64,000 bases of DNA from Candidatus Krumholzibacteriia bacterium (GCA_050174015.1 JBFXKG010000009.1:1-64000), one strand, 5' to 3'. Shown: positions 1-11,199, counted from the stretch's first letter. Made by a program: numbers and translations. The notes: generated from the sequence alone by a model not told the origin.

Positions 1-2
1 AC

Positions 3-350
3 CTGCGCTGGCCGGTGACCGGCTGGGAGGACGAAAGCGAGGAGCGGCCCTCGCCTCCTGAGAGTTTCCTGGCCCCCGTGCTTCACGACGCGGTTCCCAA
101 CCCGTTCAACCCCACCACGACGGTGGCTTTCGACCTTCCTGCACCGGAGACCGTCAGCCTGCTGGTGTTCGACGTGAAGGGTCGGCTGGTCCGGACCCTT
201 CTGGACCGCCAGACTTTCCCCCAGGGGCGCCACGAGGTCCGGTGGGACGGCCGGGACCAGGCGGGGGGTCAGGCGGCCAGCGGGACGTACTTTTTCCGGC
301 TGGAGGGGGATGGCCGGGGGTGGACGACCAGAGGAGTGCTCCTCAGGTAA
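3..350 (+). CDS. 3' end of a secreted protein with C-terminal FlgD Ig-like (sorting-type) domain; 5' truncated by window edge
   Basis: Open frame from window start; motifs PNPFNPTTTVAFDL, VFDVKGRLVRTL, WDGRD, ASGTYFFRL are typical of FlgD_ig/secretion C-terminal tags. Confidence 0.85.
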   Translation: MRWPVTGWEDESEERPSPPESFLAPVLHDAVPNPFNPTTTVAFDLPAPETVSLLVFDVKGRLVRTLLDRQTFPQGRHEVRWDGRDQAGGQAASGTYFFRLEGDGRGWTTRGVLLR

Positions 351-355
351 CGCCG

Positions 356-460
356 TGCGGGCGGGATGATCGCGACCAGCCGGTCGGCAGCGGGGTCTAT
401 TTCGCCAGGATCATGGCCGGAGGAAAAACTGTGGGCCGGCGAATGGTTTTGATCAAATAA
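356..460 (+). pseudogene. Orphan second FlgD-type C-terminal tail fragment
   Basis: Reads CGRDDRDQPVGSGVYFARIMAGGKTVGRRMVLIK*, parallel to the upstream tail WDGRDQAGGQAASGTYFFRLEGDGRGWTTRGVLLR*; different frame, no start of its own. Confidence 0.65.
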
Positions 461-502
461 ATCTTCGGAATTTGCAGCCTCAATTCACGGTTTTCGGTGC
501 GC

Positions 503-1927
503 TCACCGGAAGATCTCGATGGACTTCCACCTGCCCGAGACGAACCGCCGCCACATGAACCAGCCCTGCAGGGCGTAGGCCAGCGAGGCGCCCAGCCAGG
601 CGACCTGGACGTCGCCTCCCCGGTCCACTACCAGGAACCAGGTCAGGGGGATGAACAGCCCCCACATGAAGACCAGGGTGATCAGCATGGTGTAGCGGGT
701 GTCCCCGGCGCCGGAGAGGATGCCGCTGCTGAGCATCCGCACCCCGTCGAAGTACTGGAAGAAGGCCGCCACCAGGGACAGCCCCGCCCCCAGGGCCAGG
801 ACCTCGGGATCGTCGGTGAAAACCCGGAAGATGTGGTGCCTCAGCGCCACCACCACGGCCGCAAGGATCAGCGAGTAGTAGAGGCCCAGCTTGTAGGTCT
901 GGCGCCCGTAATGGGCCGCGGTGTCCGGTTTGCCCGCGCCGATCCAGTTGCCGGTCAGCACGCCGGCCGCGGTGGTCAGTCCCCACAGCGGCATGAAGCT
1001 GAACGAGAGCAGCTGGATCGTGATCTGGCTGGCGGCCAGAGGGACGGCCCCGGCGGTCCCGACGAATACGGTGAACATCACGAAGCCGCTCATGTCCAGG
1101 AACCCCTCCCAGGCGGACGGCAGCCCCACCCGCACCATGTTCCGGATGGCGGGCAGGTCGGGCCGCCGCGCGCGGTGCAGGGCGTATCTGTCCCGCAGCC
1201 AGGGCGCAAGGGCCCATCCGGCCAGGATCACCGCGTTCAGGGCGGCCGAGACGCTGGTGCCGATGGCGGCCCCCTCGATGCCCATGGCGGGGGCGGCCAG
1301 CCAGGTCCGCCCGCCCAGGGACACTCCCGACCAGCCGAAGATCAGCCAGACGTCGAGCACGACGTTCACGGCGTTGGCCGCGATCCCCGCGATCATTGGC
1401 GCGCGGACGTCCCGGCGGCCGAGGAAGAACCCCATCAGGGCGAAGCTCACCTGGGTGAAGACCGCGCTCATGCTGCGCCACTTGATGTAGACGTAGGTGA
1501 GGTCCTGCACGTCGGCGGGGTTGCGGGTCCAGGGCAGGATCAGGTAGCTGTAGTAGCCCAGCGCCTGCAGGACCAGGCCCGAGGCGACCGCGATGTAGAG
1601 GCCCTGCCAGGTGTACCGGGAGACCTCGCCGGCGTCGCCGCGTCCGTGCGCCTGGGAGACGAAGGTCCCGGTGATGCGGCTGAGGTTGTTGAACAGGGAG
1701 TAGGACGCCCAGGTCAGCATGCCGCCCAGCCCGGCCGCGCCCAGGGCCACGCTGCTGACCCTGCCGAGCATGGCCGTGTCGACGGTCCACATCAGGGTCT
1801 GGGACAGCATGGTCACGATGGTCGGCGTGGCCAGGGCCATGATCTCGCGGCCGTGGTGGACGCGAAGCAGGTCCGGGATCCGGAACCGGCCGGGCCTGGG
1901 GCTGGATGCGCTGCTGGAGGACTGCAT
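503..1927 (-). CDS. MATE family efflux transporter
   Basis: ~12 hydrophobic segments; VDTAMLGRVSSVALGAAGLG, FDGVRMLSSGILSGAGDTR, C-terminal RFVSGRWK; start placed at ATG 1927 because the longer ORF overlaps aroA. Confidence 0.88.
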   Translation of the reverse strand: MQSSSSASSPRPGRFRIPDLLRVHHGREIMALATPTIVTMLSQTLMWTVDTAMLGRVSSVALGAAGLGGMLTWASYSLFNNLSRITGTFVSQAHGRGDAGEVSRYTWQGLYIAVASGLVLQALGYYSYLILPWTRNPADVQDLTYVYIKWRSMSAVFTQVSFALMGFFLGRRDVRAPMIAGIAANAVNVVLDVWLIFGWSGVSLGGRTWLAAPAMGIEGAAIGTSVSAALNAVILAGWALAPWLRDRYALHRARRPDLPAIRNMVRVGLPSAWEGFLDMSGFVMFTVFVGTAGAVPLAASQITIQLLSFSFMPLWGLTTAAGVLTGNWIGAGKPDTAAHYGRQTYKLGLYYSLILAAVVVALRHHIFRVFTDDPEVLALGAGLSLVAAFFQYFDGVRMLSSGILSGAGDTRYTMLITLVFMWGLFIPLTWFLVVDRGGDVQVAWLGASLAYALQGWFMWRRFVSGRWKSIEIFR

Positions 1928-2033
1928 GACCTTCCCATTCGGGGTACCCATGTGGCGAGGGGTAAAGTACATTGTGGGGCGTCGCAGGAAAAGGTGAACC
2001 GACAACCTCCGCATCCTCCGCCGAGGAGCCGCC

Positions 2034-3362
2034 TTGCCCCCGTTGCTCAAAGCCGCCGCCGGACCCCTCGCCGGATCCCTCCGGGTTCCCGGCGACAAGT
2101 CCGTCTCCCATCGGGCCGCCCTATTCGGGCTGTTCGCCACGGGCCCCTGCACCGCCACCGGCTGGCTGGACGCGGCCGACACCCGCAGCAGCCTGGAGGC
2201 CGTGGCGGCCCTCGGCTGCAGGACCGGATTTGCGGACGGAATCCTGACGGTCATACCGCCGGATGGCCCGTTCCCGCCTGGTCCCGATCTCCGACTCGAT
2301 TGCGGCAACAGCGGCACCACCGCGAGGCTGCTCATGGGAATTCTGGCCGGCTGGCTGTCCCCCGGGGGGCCTGCCGTGATCCTGGAGGGCGACGCCTCCC
2401 TGAGCGCCCGTCCCATGGCGCGCGTGATCGATCCGCTGCGGGCGATGGGGGCCCGGATCGACTGCCTCGGCGAGCCGGATCGCCTCCCGGTGAGGATCAT
2501 GGGCGCCTCGCTGAAGGGCGCCCGCCACGACCTGCCCGTGCCCTCGGCCCAGGTCAAGTCGGCGTTGCTTCTGGCAGGTCTGTTCGCGGACGGCATCACC
2601 GAGGTGCACGGGGGCGAATCGTCCCGGGACCACACCGAGCGCCTGCTGGCGGTCATGGGCCTGCCCTGCGAGGCGGTGGGCGCCGACGGGCTGAGGGTGG
2701 CCGGCGGCCGCCGCCCCGGGACCTATTCCATCGCGGTGCCGGGCGATCCGTCCTCGGCCGCGTTCTTCCTTACGGCTGCGGCCATGATTCCCGGCTCGCG
2801 CCTGACGGTCACCGACCACGCCCTGAACGAGGGCCGCATCGGCGCACTCAAGGTGCTGCGCCGCATGGGGGCGACCGTCGACCTTGATCGTGCGCGCGGG
2901 CCGCGCGAGGGCGAGATGATCGCCGACGTCACGGTGACTGCGGGGCCCCTGCGTCCCTTCGCCATCACGACCGGGGAAGTCCCCACCCTGGTTGACGAGA
3001 TCCCGGTGCTGGCGATCCTGGCGACCCAGGCGCCGGGGGAGTCGGTCATCTCGGGGGCGGAGGAACTGCGCGTCAAGGAATCGGACCGCCTGGCGATGAT
3101 GGCCCGCAACCTGCAAGCCCTCGGCGCGAAGGTGGAGGAACTGCCGGACGGCCTGCGCATCACCGGTCCGACCCCCCTGCGCGGAGGTCCGGCGGACCGG
3201 CCCCTGGTGCTGGAAACCGCCGCCGACCACCGCATCGCCATGGCCATGGCCGTCGCCGCCCTGGTGACCGAGGGCAGCCTCGCCCTGGACGATCGGGCCT
3301 GCGTGGGCATATCCTATCCGGAATTCTTTGCCGTCCTGGACGGCCTGCTCGCCGTCCGCTGA
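2034..3362 (+). CDS. aroA: 3-phosphoshikimate 1-carboxyvinyltransferase (EPSP synthase)
   Basis: PGDKSVSHRA, DCGNSGTTARL, SAQVKSA, RDHTER, LRVKESDR, DHRIAM motifs. Confidence 0.97.
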   Translation: MPPLLKAAAGPLAGSLRVPGDKSVSHRAALFGLFATGPCTATGWLDAADTRSSLEAVAALGCRTGFADGILTVIPPDGPFPPGPDLRLDCGNSGTTARLLMGILAGWLSPGGPAVILEGDASLSARPMARVIDPLRAMGARIDCLGEPDRLPVRIMGASLKGARHDLPVPSAQVKSALLLAGLFADGITEVHGGESSRDHTERLLAVMGLPCEAVGADGLRVAGGRRPGTYSIAVPGDPSSAAFFLTAAAMIPGSRLTVTDHALNEGRIGALKVLRRMGATVDLDRARGPREGEMIADVTVTAGPLRPFAITTGEVPTLVDEIPVLAILATQAPGESVISGAEELRVKESDRLAMMARNLQALGAKVEELPDGLRITGPTPLRGGPADRPLVLETAADHRIAMAMAVAALVTEGSLALDDRACVGISYPEFFAVLDGLLAVR

Positions 3363-3375
3363 CCCGGGAGCCGAC

Positions 3376-4509
3376 ATGCTGCGTTATCTCTTGGCCGGCG
3401 AAAGCCACGGCCCGGCCCTGGTGGGCATCCTCGAGGGGTTTCCCGCGGGGCTGGCCATCAAGCAGGACTTCGTCGATGCCGAGCTGGCCCTGCGCCAGCA
3501 GGGCTACGGCCGCGGCCTGCGGATGACCTCCATCGAGAAGGACACGGTGACGTTCCTGGCGGGATTCTGGAAGGGCAAGACTCTCGGTTCGCCCATCGCG
3601 TTTTCCATCGCCAACAGGGACCACGAGCTGCGCAAGGGCAAGCCCGCCCAGCGCTGGCAGGTTCCCAGGCCGGGGCATGCCGACCTGCCCGGAGTGATCC
3701 GCTACGGGTACGACGACTGCGCCCCGGTGGCCGAACGCGCCAGCGCCCGCAGCACCGCCGCGGTGACCGCCATGGGCGCCTGCGCCAAGGCGCTGCTGGC
3801 CAGGTTCGGCATCACGGTGCTGTCCCACGTGAGATCGGTGGGGGGGATCGAGGCCCAGGCGAGCGGACCCACCGCCGCCCGGCTCAGGCGGATCCGGTCG
3901 GGCCGTCCCCTGCGCTGCCTGGACCCCGCGGCCGAGAAGGAGATGGTGGCCGCGGTCGATCGGGCCATGGCCGACGGGGTGACCCTGGGCGGGGAGTTCG
4001 AGGTCGTGGCCTTCGGCGCGCCCGCGGGCCTGGGCACCTACGCCCATCCGGACCGCCGCCTGGACGCGCGCCTGGCCGCCGGGATCATGGGCATCCCCGC
4101 GGTGAAGGCCGTCTCCATCGGGGAGGGCCTGGAAGTGGCCGGGCTGGACGGCCAGGCGGCCCACGACGAGATCCTGCCCGCCGGGAAGGGCAAGGTGCTG
4201 CGGCCGACCAACCGGGCCGGGGGGCTGGAGGGCGGGGTGACCAACGGCGAACCGGTGGTCGTGCGGGGCTTCGTCAAGCCCATCAGCAGCCAGCGCAAGC
4301 GCCTGGCCAGCGTGGATCTGCGCACGGGCAAGGCCGGCCGGGCCGCCTGGGTGCGGTCCGACACCTGCGTGGTCCCGGCCGCCGGCATCGTGGCCGAAGG
4401 GCTCGTGGCCTGGTGTCTGGCCGATGAATTGACCAGTTTTCTGGGCTCCGACCGCATGGACGTCATGCTCCGCAGGTACGCGGAGCTCACCGGATGGAAG
4501 AAGGCATGA
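3376..4509 (+). CDS. aroC: chorismate synthase
   Basis: MLRYLLAGESHG, PRPGHAD, ERASAR, NRAGGLEGG, RSD motifs. Confidence 0.97.
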   Translation: MLRYLLAGESHGPALVGILEGFPAGLAIKQDFVDAELALRQQGYGRGLRMTSIEKDTVTFLAGFWKGKTLGSPIAFSIANRDHELRKGKPAQRWQVPRPGHADLPGVIRYGYDDCAPVAERASARSTAAVTAMGACAKALLARFGITVLSHVRSVGGIEAQASGPTAARLRRIRSGRPLRCLDPAAEKEMVAAVDRAMADGVTLGGEFEVVAFGAPAGLGTYAHPDRRLDARLAAGIMGIPAVKAVSIGEGLEVAGLDGQAAHDEILPAGKGKVLRPTNRAGGLEGGVTNGEPVVVRGFVKPISSQRKRLASVDLRTGKAGRAAWVRSDTCVVPAAGIVAEGLVAWCLADELTSFLGSDRMDVMLRRYAELTGWKKA

Positions 4510-5759
4510 GCAACGACACCGGATTCCCGACCCTGCTGGATGAGCTGAAGTGGCGCGGCTTCTTCGAGCAGTGCACGGACGAGGACGCGCTGGCGGGGCT
4601 GCTGGACGAGGACACGGTCACCGGCTACATCGGGTTCGATCCCACCGCCGACAGCCTGCACATCGGCAGCCTGCTGCCCATCATGGGTCTGGTGCACCTG
4701 CAGCGGCACGGGCACCGGCCCATCGCCATCGTGGGCGGCGCCACGGCCATGGTGGGCGATCCCACCGGCCGCACCGAGCTGCGCCGGATGCTCACCCTGG
4801 AACAGATCGAGGAGAACCTGGCGGGGATCAAGGCCCAGCTCGCCCACTACATCCGGTTCGGCGACGGCCCGCGCGACGGGCTGATGCTCAACAACGCCGA
4901 CTGGATGAAGGACTACGGCTACCTCGCCTTCCTGCGGGACTTCGGCAGCCACTTCAGCGTGAACCAGATGCTGGCCCGGGATTCGGTCAAGACCCGCATG
5001 GAGCACGGCCTGTCCTTCATCGAGTTCAACTACATGATCCTGCAGGCGTACGACTTCATGGTGCTCAACCGCGACCACGGCTGCCGCCTCCAGATGGGCG
5101 GCAGCGACCAGTGGGGCAACATCTGCTCGGGCATCGATCTGACCCGCCGGGTCACCCGCGACGAGGTCTACGGCCTGACCTTCCCGCTGATGATGACGGC
5201 CGCGGGCACCAAGATGGGGAAGTCGGCCTCGGGGGCGGTCTGGCTGTCGGCCGAGCGCACGCCGGTCTACGACTTCTACCAGTACTGGATCAACGTGGAC
5301 GACCGCGACGTCAGCCGCTTCCTGCGGCTGTACACGCTCATGCCGCGCGAGAGGATCGAGGAGCTGGAAAGGCTGGAGGGCGCCGACGTCCGCGAGGCCA
5401 AGCGGGAACTGGCCAGGGCGGTCACGACCCTGCTGCACGGGGCCGAGGCGACCGAAGCCGCGGAAAGGGCCGCCGCCGCCCTGTTCGGCGGCGCCGCCGA
5501 CGCGAGCACGGTGCCGTCCAGCGAACGGCCCGCCGCCGACCTCGCCGGTGAAGGGCTGGCCCTGCTCGACGCCATGGTCGATTGCGGCCTGTTCCAGAGC
5601 AAGGGCGAGGCGCGGCGCATGGTGCGCCAGCAGGCCGTCAGGGTCAACGGCGAGGTGGTCGAGGACGAGCTGCGCACGCTGACCGCAGCGGACGTCCGGG
5701 ACGGCCGAATCGCTCTTCAGGTCGGCAAGAAGAAGCACCACCACCTGCTGGTGGGGTGA
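4506..5759 (+). CDS. tyrS: tyrosine--tRNA ligase
   Basis: YIGFDPTADSLHIG (HIGH), QMGGSDQWGN, KMGKS (KMSKS), C-terminal S4-like domain; ATGA overlap with aroC. Confidence 0.97.
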   Translation: MSNDTGFPTLLDELKWRGFFEQCTDEDALAGLLDEDTVTGYIGFDPTADSLHIGSLLPIMGLVHLQRHGHRPIAIVGGATAMVGDPTGRTELRRMLTLEQIEENLAGIKAQLAHYIRFGDGPRDGLMLNNADWMKDYGYLAFLRDFGSHFSVNQMLARDSVKTRMEHGLSFIEFNYMILQAYDFMVLNRDHGCRLQMGGSDQWGNICSGIDLTRRVTRDEVYGLTFPLMMTAAGTKMGKSASGAVWLSAERTPVYDFYQYWINVDDRDVSRFLRLYTLMPRERIEELERLEGADVREAKRELARAVTTLLHGAEATEAAERAAAALFGGAADASTVPSSERPAADLAGEGLALLDAMVDCGLFQSKGEARRMVRQQAVRVNGEVVEDELRTLTAADVRDGRIALQVGKKKHHHLLVG

Positions 5760-5867
5760 CCGCCGGTTAGCCGGCGGGAACCGGGACCGCAGCACCCGTG
5801 TTTAACCAGGATGGCCTAGGGCGCTCCCGTCCGGGCCGGTCCAATGAACCTGCAAAGGAAGAACCGC

Positions 5868-7070
5868 ATGACGACCAAGCGCCTGATCGCCTGCTCCACC
5901 GTTCTCACCCTGTTGCTGGTCGCCGGCGCCGGCCAGGCCGCGGCCAACGCCCGCTACGACCAGGCCGTGGCGGCCAGCCGCGCCTGGGCCGACCAGCTCC
6001 GGTCGTATTCCCTGAAGGGGAAGATGACCATGGAGACCAACGTCAAGGGCCAGACCGGCGGGATGCAGATGGAGGCCGAGTTGACGGGGGCCGCGGTGAT
6101 GCCGGACCGACTGGTCAGCAGCCAGGTCGGCAGCATGTTCAACATGAGCCTGGGCGTGGGTCCCGAGCATTCCTGGTTCAACCTCGGCCAGATGCAGACC
6201 TGCTACCTGGCCGATCCGGTGCCCCTGAACCGGAAGCGTTTCACGGGCCGGGACTTCGAGCTGGATCCCGACCGGATCTTCAACTTCTACGGCGGGCTCG
6301 ACCAGTTCATGCTGCCGGACGACCTGGAGGTCGAAGCCGGGAACGACGAGGAGACCTACGTCCTCGGGGACCGGGAGATCCCCTGCCAGGTCTTCCGCAC
6401 CGCCGGCAACGAAGCCGAGGGCGAGGGTCCCAAGGAGTACTGGTATGATCCGCAGTCCCACCTGGTCGTCAAGTCGGAGTTCACCCTGTTCGGCAACCGG
6501 GGCGGCATGATGATGGAGCAGAAGCTGACCTTCGAGCTGGTCGAGTACTCCCTCGACGAGCCGGTGGACGAGAGCCTCTTCGCCTTCACGCCCGCCGCCG
6601 GGGTGCGGATCGTCGACCACCTCGACCGGTTGACCAACCCCGAAGCCATGACCGGACAGACGGCCCCCGAGATCACCTTCAAGACCCTCGACGGCGCCCC
6701 CTTGAAGCTGAGCGAGCTGAAGGGCAAGGTGGTCTTCCTGGACTTCTGGGCCACCTGGTGCGGTCCCTGCAAGATCGAGATGCCCCACATCCAGACCCTG
6801 CACGAGGAACTCGGTCCCTCGGGCGAGGTCGTCTTCCTGGCGGCCAGCAGCGAGGACAAGCCCACCATCGAGGGATTCATCAGCAAGTACGGCTACACCT
6901 TCCAGGTGGTGCGGGTCGAGGCGGAGGACGCCCACGGCCTCTACAAGGCCTCGAGCATCCCCGCGGGATTCGTCATCGACGAGCAGGGGGTCATCCGGGC
7001 CCACATGGTGGGCGCCCAGTCGGAGGCCCAGCTGAGGAAGGCCCTGGCCAAGGCGGGGATCGGCGGCTGA
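5868..7070 (+). CDS. exported TlpA/ResA-type thiol-disulfide oxidoreductase with N-terminal LolA/DUF2092-like beta domain
   Basis: Signal peptide; C-terminal DFWATWCGPCKIEMP (CxxC) redoxin; the N-terminal fold assignment is tentative. Confidence 0.8.
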   Translation: MTTKRLIACSTVLTLLLVAGAGQAAANARYDQAVAASRAWADQLRSYSLKGKMTMETNVKGQTGGMQMEAELTGAAVMPDRLVSSQVGSMFNMSLGVGPEHSWFNLGQMQTCYLADPVPLNRKRFTGRDFELDPDRIFNFYGGLDQFMLPDDLEVEAGNDEETYVLGDREIPCQVFRTAGNEAEGEGPKEYWYDPQSHLVVKSEFTLFGNRGGMMMEQKLTFELVEYSLDEPVDESLFAFTPAAGVRIVDHLDRLTNPEAMTGQTAPEITFKTLDGAPLKLSELKGKVVFLDFWATWCGPCKIEMPHIQTLHEELGPSGEVVFLAASSEDKPTIEGFISKYGYTFQVVRVEAEDAHGLYKASSIPAGFVIDEQGVIRAHMVGAQSEAQLRKALAKAGIGG

Positions 7071-7099
7071 TCGGGCCGACCGGATTGCAGACAGGATCT

Positions 7100-7126
7100 C
7101 GGGGCCCTGCGCGCAGCGGGGCCCCG
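7100..7126. terminator. GC hairpin between convergent genes (probable bidirectional terminator)
   Basis: cggggccc...gggccccg inverted repeat; no strong U-tract. Confidence 0.5.
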
Positions 7127-7130
7127 TCGT

Positions 7131-8171
<1,041 letters not shown>

Positions 8172-8297
8172 TGCGTCACCTTTTCGGAACAGGAACCGAC
8201 CCAACCAGCCCGCCGCGGCGATCCGGGATCGGCCCGGCCGGTGGCGCCGGCCGGGCCGATGATACGAGTTCAGGATAACACAGTACGAGCGTTTCTC

Positions 8298-10958
8298 TCA
8301 ACGCCTGGACCCGATGTCCAGGCCCTGCAGGGCTCCCAGGGCCCGATAGCAACTGCGGTACTTCATGCCGAAGGCCTTGAAGGTCTTGGCCGGGTCGCCG
8401 GCCGAGGCCGTCAACGATTCGATGACGGGGGACATCCTCGCCTTCACCGCCGGGTCGTCCGACGCCGACGAGGCGTAGGCCAGGCCGAACAGCAGCAGAT
8501 AGGACCCCGAGTCCAGGGTGCGGTCCTCCTCGTCGAGCCGGTAGTTGAAGCGGCCCTCCTGCGCGGACCATTGCTCGTCGACGTAGTAGGTGGTCACCTG
8601 GACGACCCGCTCCAGGGCCTTCGCCGCCAGTTCGGGGGAGGTGGCGGCGTAGGCGAAGTGGAACCTGCCCAGGGCCTCGGTCACCACCCCGGCGTGGATG
8701 ACGCCCTCGTACCTGGCGGGATCCACCTGGACCAGGACCTGCACCAGCTTCTGGGTCCTGGCCGTCAGCGCCTCGTGCAGTTCGGGCTCGCTGTGTTCCG
8801 TCAGCGTCAGCAGGGCCAGCAGGTTGATCAGGGTCCAGCCCCCGGTGCGGATGTGGACCATCCCCCCCGAGGCGCTCATCTCGGCGACCCGTTCGGTGGC
8901 GCGGTCGGCCAGCCCGCCCTTCGCGGCGAAGTCCCGGGCCACGCGCAGGGCCATGCGCTCGAGGTGGCGGTCGCCGGTCATCAGGTGTCCCCAGACGAGC
9001 ATCTCGACCAGCGTGTGCGATCCATGGTGCGATTCGTCCAGGTCGGGGATGTCGTAGAAGTGGAAGCGGGGGAAGTCCTGCCAGCTGCCGCCGTAGCGCT
9101 GGAAGAAGGGCCGGAAGATCTCGTCGACGTCCCGGGGGATCTCACCGTCCAGGGGGACCAGGCCGGCCGACGCCCGGTACAGGATCGCCAGGTCCCGGGG
9201 CGAGGGCTGCTGCTTCCGTCGGTTGCGCTCGATGATTCCCGGGTCCGCCCTGGAGACCCGCTGGACGATGCCCTTGTCCCCCTGCTTGAACTCCTCCATG
9301 GCGAAGGCGGCCAGGGTGTAACCCCCGACGGCGGCGGCCTGACGTTCGCGGTCGGCGGGGTCGCTGATGCCCTCGGCATCCATCCGCTTCAGCTGCTTGG
9401 AGAACAGCGTGCCGACCCTCTGCTTGGGATCGCGCTTGCTGTTGTACATGGTCTGGATCCCCGCGAGCATCTCCTGGTCCCCGGCGGGACGGTTCGGCTG
9501 CCGCCTCCACTGCGACCGCAGCGCCTCGGCCGCGGACCGGCCCACGGTCCCGATGACGGCGTAGCTGGTCGAGCGGTGCTGGTAGACCCCGCCATGCATC
9601 CCCACGCAGTTGTCGGCGAACTGCCGGGCCATGTCGTAGGCGTCCTCGAGGGCTTCCGTATCCCCGCTGTGGAGGTAGTACTGGAAGAGGGCCGAGTCGG
9701 GATCGTACTCGTGGTTGTAGAATCCCATGTAGGCGGTGCCCTCGTCCGCGAGGAGGTCGCCGTAACGGGTCATGCCGCGGTTGCCGGGTTTCCTCATCTC
9801 GCCGCGGATGAGATCCAGGGACGCCTTCAACGACCGGTCGAAGGATCCGGCCAGCTGGTCGGAGGAACAGACGATGCCTGCAGCCCGGGTGTCCCGCACG
9901 TAATCAGGAGGCAGGGACATGCGCGGGGGAGCGGCGATGCGGCGGGCCAGGTCGTCCGGATCGACGTCCCGTTCGAGGATGATCTCGTGGCTGACGTGGA
10001 AGCCCTGGTCGGCGGGATAGGGTTCCAGCTTCGACCCGGGATAGAGGCTCAGGATGATGCCCTGGCCGTCGGCCGAGGCGGTCACCGGTCCGCGCTCTTC
10101 GGCCAGGCGGACGGCCGCCGTCCAGCCGCCCTTGGCGATGGCGCCGGCGCTCTTGCCGGACGACGCCTCGCCCGGGAGCGTGATCCTCAGCGAGAGGTCC
10201 TTCCAGAACGCGTCGCCGCGCATCTGGGCGAGGTGGGTGCGCACGCGGATCCTGCGGGAAGAAAGGACCTCGACGTCGGCCTCGAAGAAATGGTCGCCGG
10301 CCTCCTTCTCCAGGCCGTCGGCCACGTCGAAGCGGACAGTGCCGGTGGCGGTGGTCAGGACCAGCTGCATGGGCGGGGCGTCGGGATCCGCCCCCCCCGG
10401 CGAAGGACTCGAGCCGGGGGCCAGGGTCAGCTCCCTCTCCTGTCCGGCTTTCAGGGGCAACTCGAAGGCGAGCTTGATCCAGCTGAGCGAACCGTCGGGC
10501 CAGTAGGCCAGGGGCTCCGTGCGCACGGGAATGGGCTCGCCCTCGCTGCAGACGGCCACCCCGCCGGAATCGCGGATCAGGCCCCGGGGCAGAGGCACCC
10601 CGCCTTCGACCAGCCCGTGGGGCCGATCGACCCCTCCGGTCTCGGCGACGGTGACCTGGATGCCCTTGCCGCAGCCCTGGCCCACCCTGGGGCGAGGCGC
10701 GTCGTTCCGGGGAGGGGTGACCCCGGAATCGTCCGCCGGCGGCGATCCGGCCTGATCATCGCCGGCCTGGGGATCCTCCGCCGGGGGATCCGGGACCGGC
10801 GGGGTCTCGGTGCGGGGCGCAGGGGGCTGTTGCCGCGGGGCGCCGGAACGGCAGGCGCCCAGGAGCAGGAGAGCGGCCAGCAGGAGGAGGGGCAGGCCGA
10901 TGCGGGTGAGGGTCCCACACCGGATCGGGGATGATGTAAGGGGATTTGCTGATCTCAT
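8298..10958 (-). CDS. lipoprotein, PcRGLX/YetA-like (exo-rhamnogalacturonan lyase-like) putative polysaccharide lyase
   Basis: Lipobox LLGA-C, Pro-rich linker; GGVPLPRG, LAYWPDGSLSW, GMTRYGD, FYNHEYD, QYYLHSGD, MARQFAD motifs recalled from that family. Confidence 0.65.
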   Translation of the reverse strand: MRSANPLTSSPIRCGTLTRIGLPLLLLAALLLLGACRSGAPRQQPPAPRTETPPVPDPPAEDPQAGDDQAGSPPADDSGVTPPRNDAPRPRVGQGCGKGIQVTVAETGGVDRPHGLVEGGVPLPRGLIRDSGGVAVCSEGEPIPVRTEPLAYWPDGSLSWIKLAFELPLKAGQERELTLAPGSSPSPGGADPDAPPMQLVLTTATGTVRFDVADGLEKEAGDHFFEADVEVLSSRRIRVRTHLAQMRGDAFWKDLSLRITLPGEASSGKSAGAIAKGGWTAAVRLAEERGPVTASADGQGIILSLYPGSKLEPYPADQGFHVSHEIILERDVDPDDLARRIAAPPRMSLPPDYVRDTRAAGIVCSSDQLAGSFDRSLKASLDLIRGEMRKPGNRGMTRYGDLLADEGTAYMGFYNHEYDPDSALFQYYLHSGDTEALEDAYDMARQFADNCVGMHGGVYQHRSTSYAVIGTVGRSAAEALRSQWRRQPNRPAGDQEMLAGIQTMYNSKRDPKQRVGTLFSKQLKRMDAEGISDPADRERQAAAVGGYTLAAFAMEEFKQGDKGIVQRVSRADPGIIERNRRKQQPSPRDLAILYRASAGLVPLDGEIPRDVDEIFRPFFQRYGGSWQDFPRFHFYDIPDLDESHHGSHTLVEMLVWGHLMTGDRHLERMALRVARDFAAKGGLADRATERVAEMSASGGMVHIRTGGWTLINLLALLTLTEHSEPELHEALTARTQKLVQVLVQVDPARYEGVIHAGVVTEALGRFHFAYAATSPELAAKALERVVQVTTYYVDEQWSAQEGRFNYRLDEEDRTLDSGSYLLLFGLAYASSASDDPAVKARMSPVIESLTASAGDPAKTFKAFGMKYRSCYRALGALQGLDIGSRR

Positions 10959-11199
10959 GACTGGAACTCCTGTGGGTCGATCCGGAACCCGGCGCGGCGG
11001 GTGCCTGCGGATCGATCGGGATCAGGCCGCCTGCAGGGCAGGGCCGGGGAGGCTGGTCAGGGGAGGGTCCAGCCGGACCAGGGCTGCACGAAACGTGGGG
11101 CCCATGATGGACCGATCCAAGATACCCGAACTCTGGCCGGTTGGAAACCCGCAGGAACTCAGGAGGGACTCCGGACGGTGCCAACTACCAGCGAAGGGC

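Noticed and set aside
503..1927. MATE protein as the missing Wzx flippase
   Set aside because: It looks like a NorM/DinF-type MATE and is separated from the locus by aroA-aroC-tyrS; no evidence of linkage.
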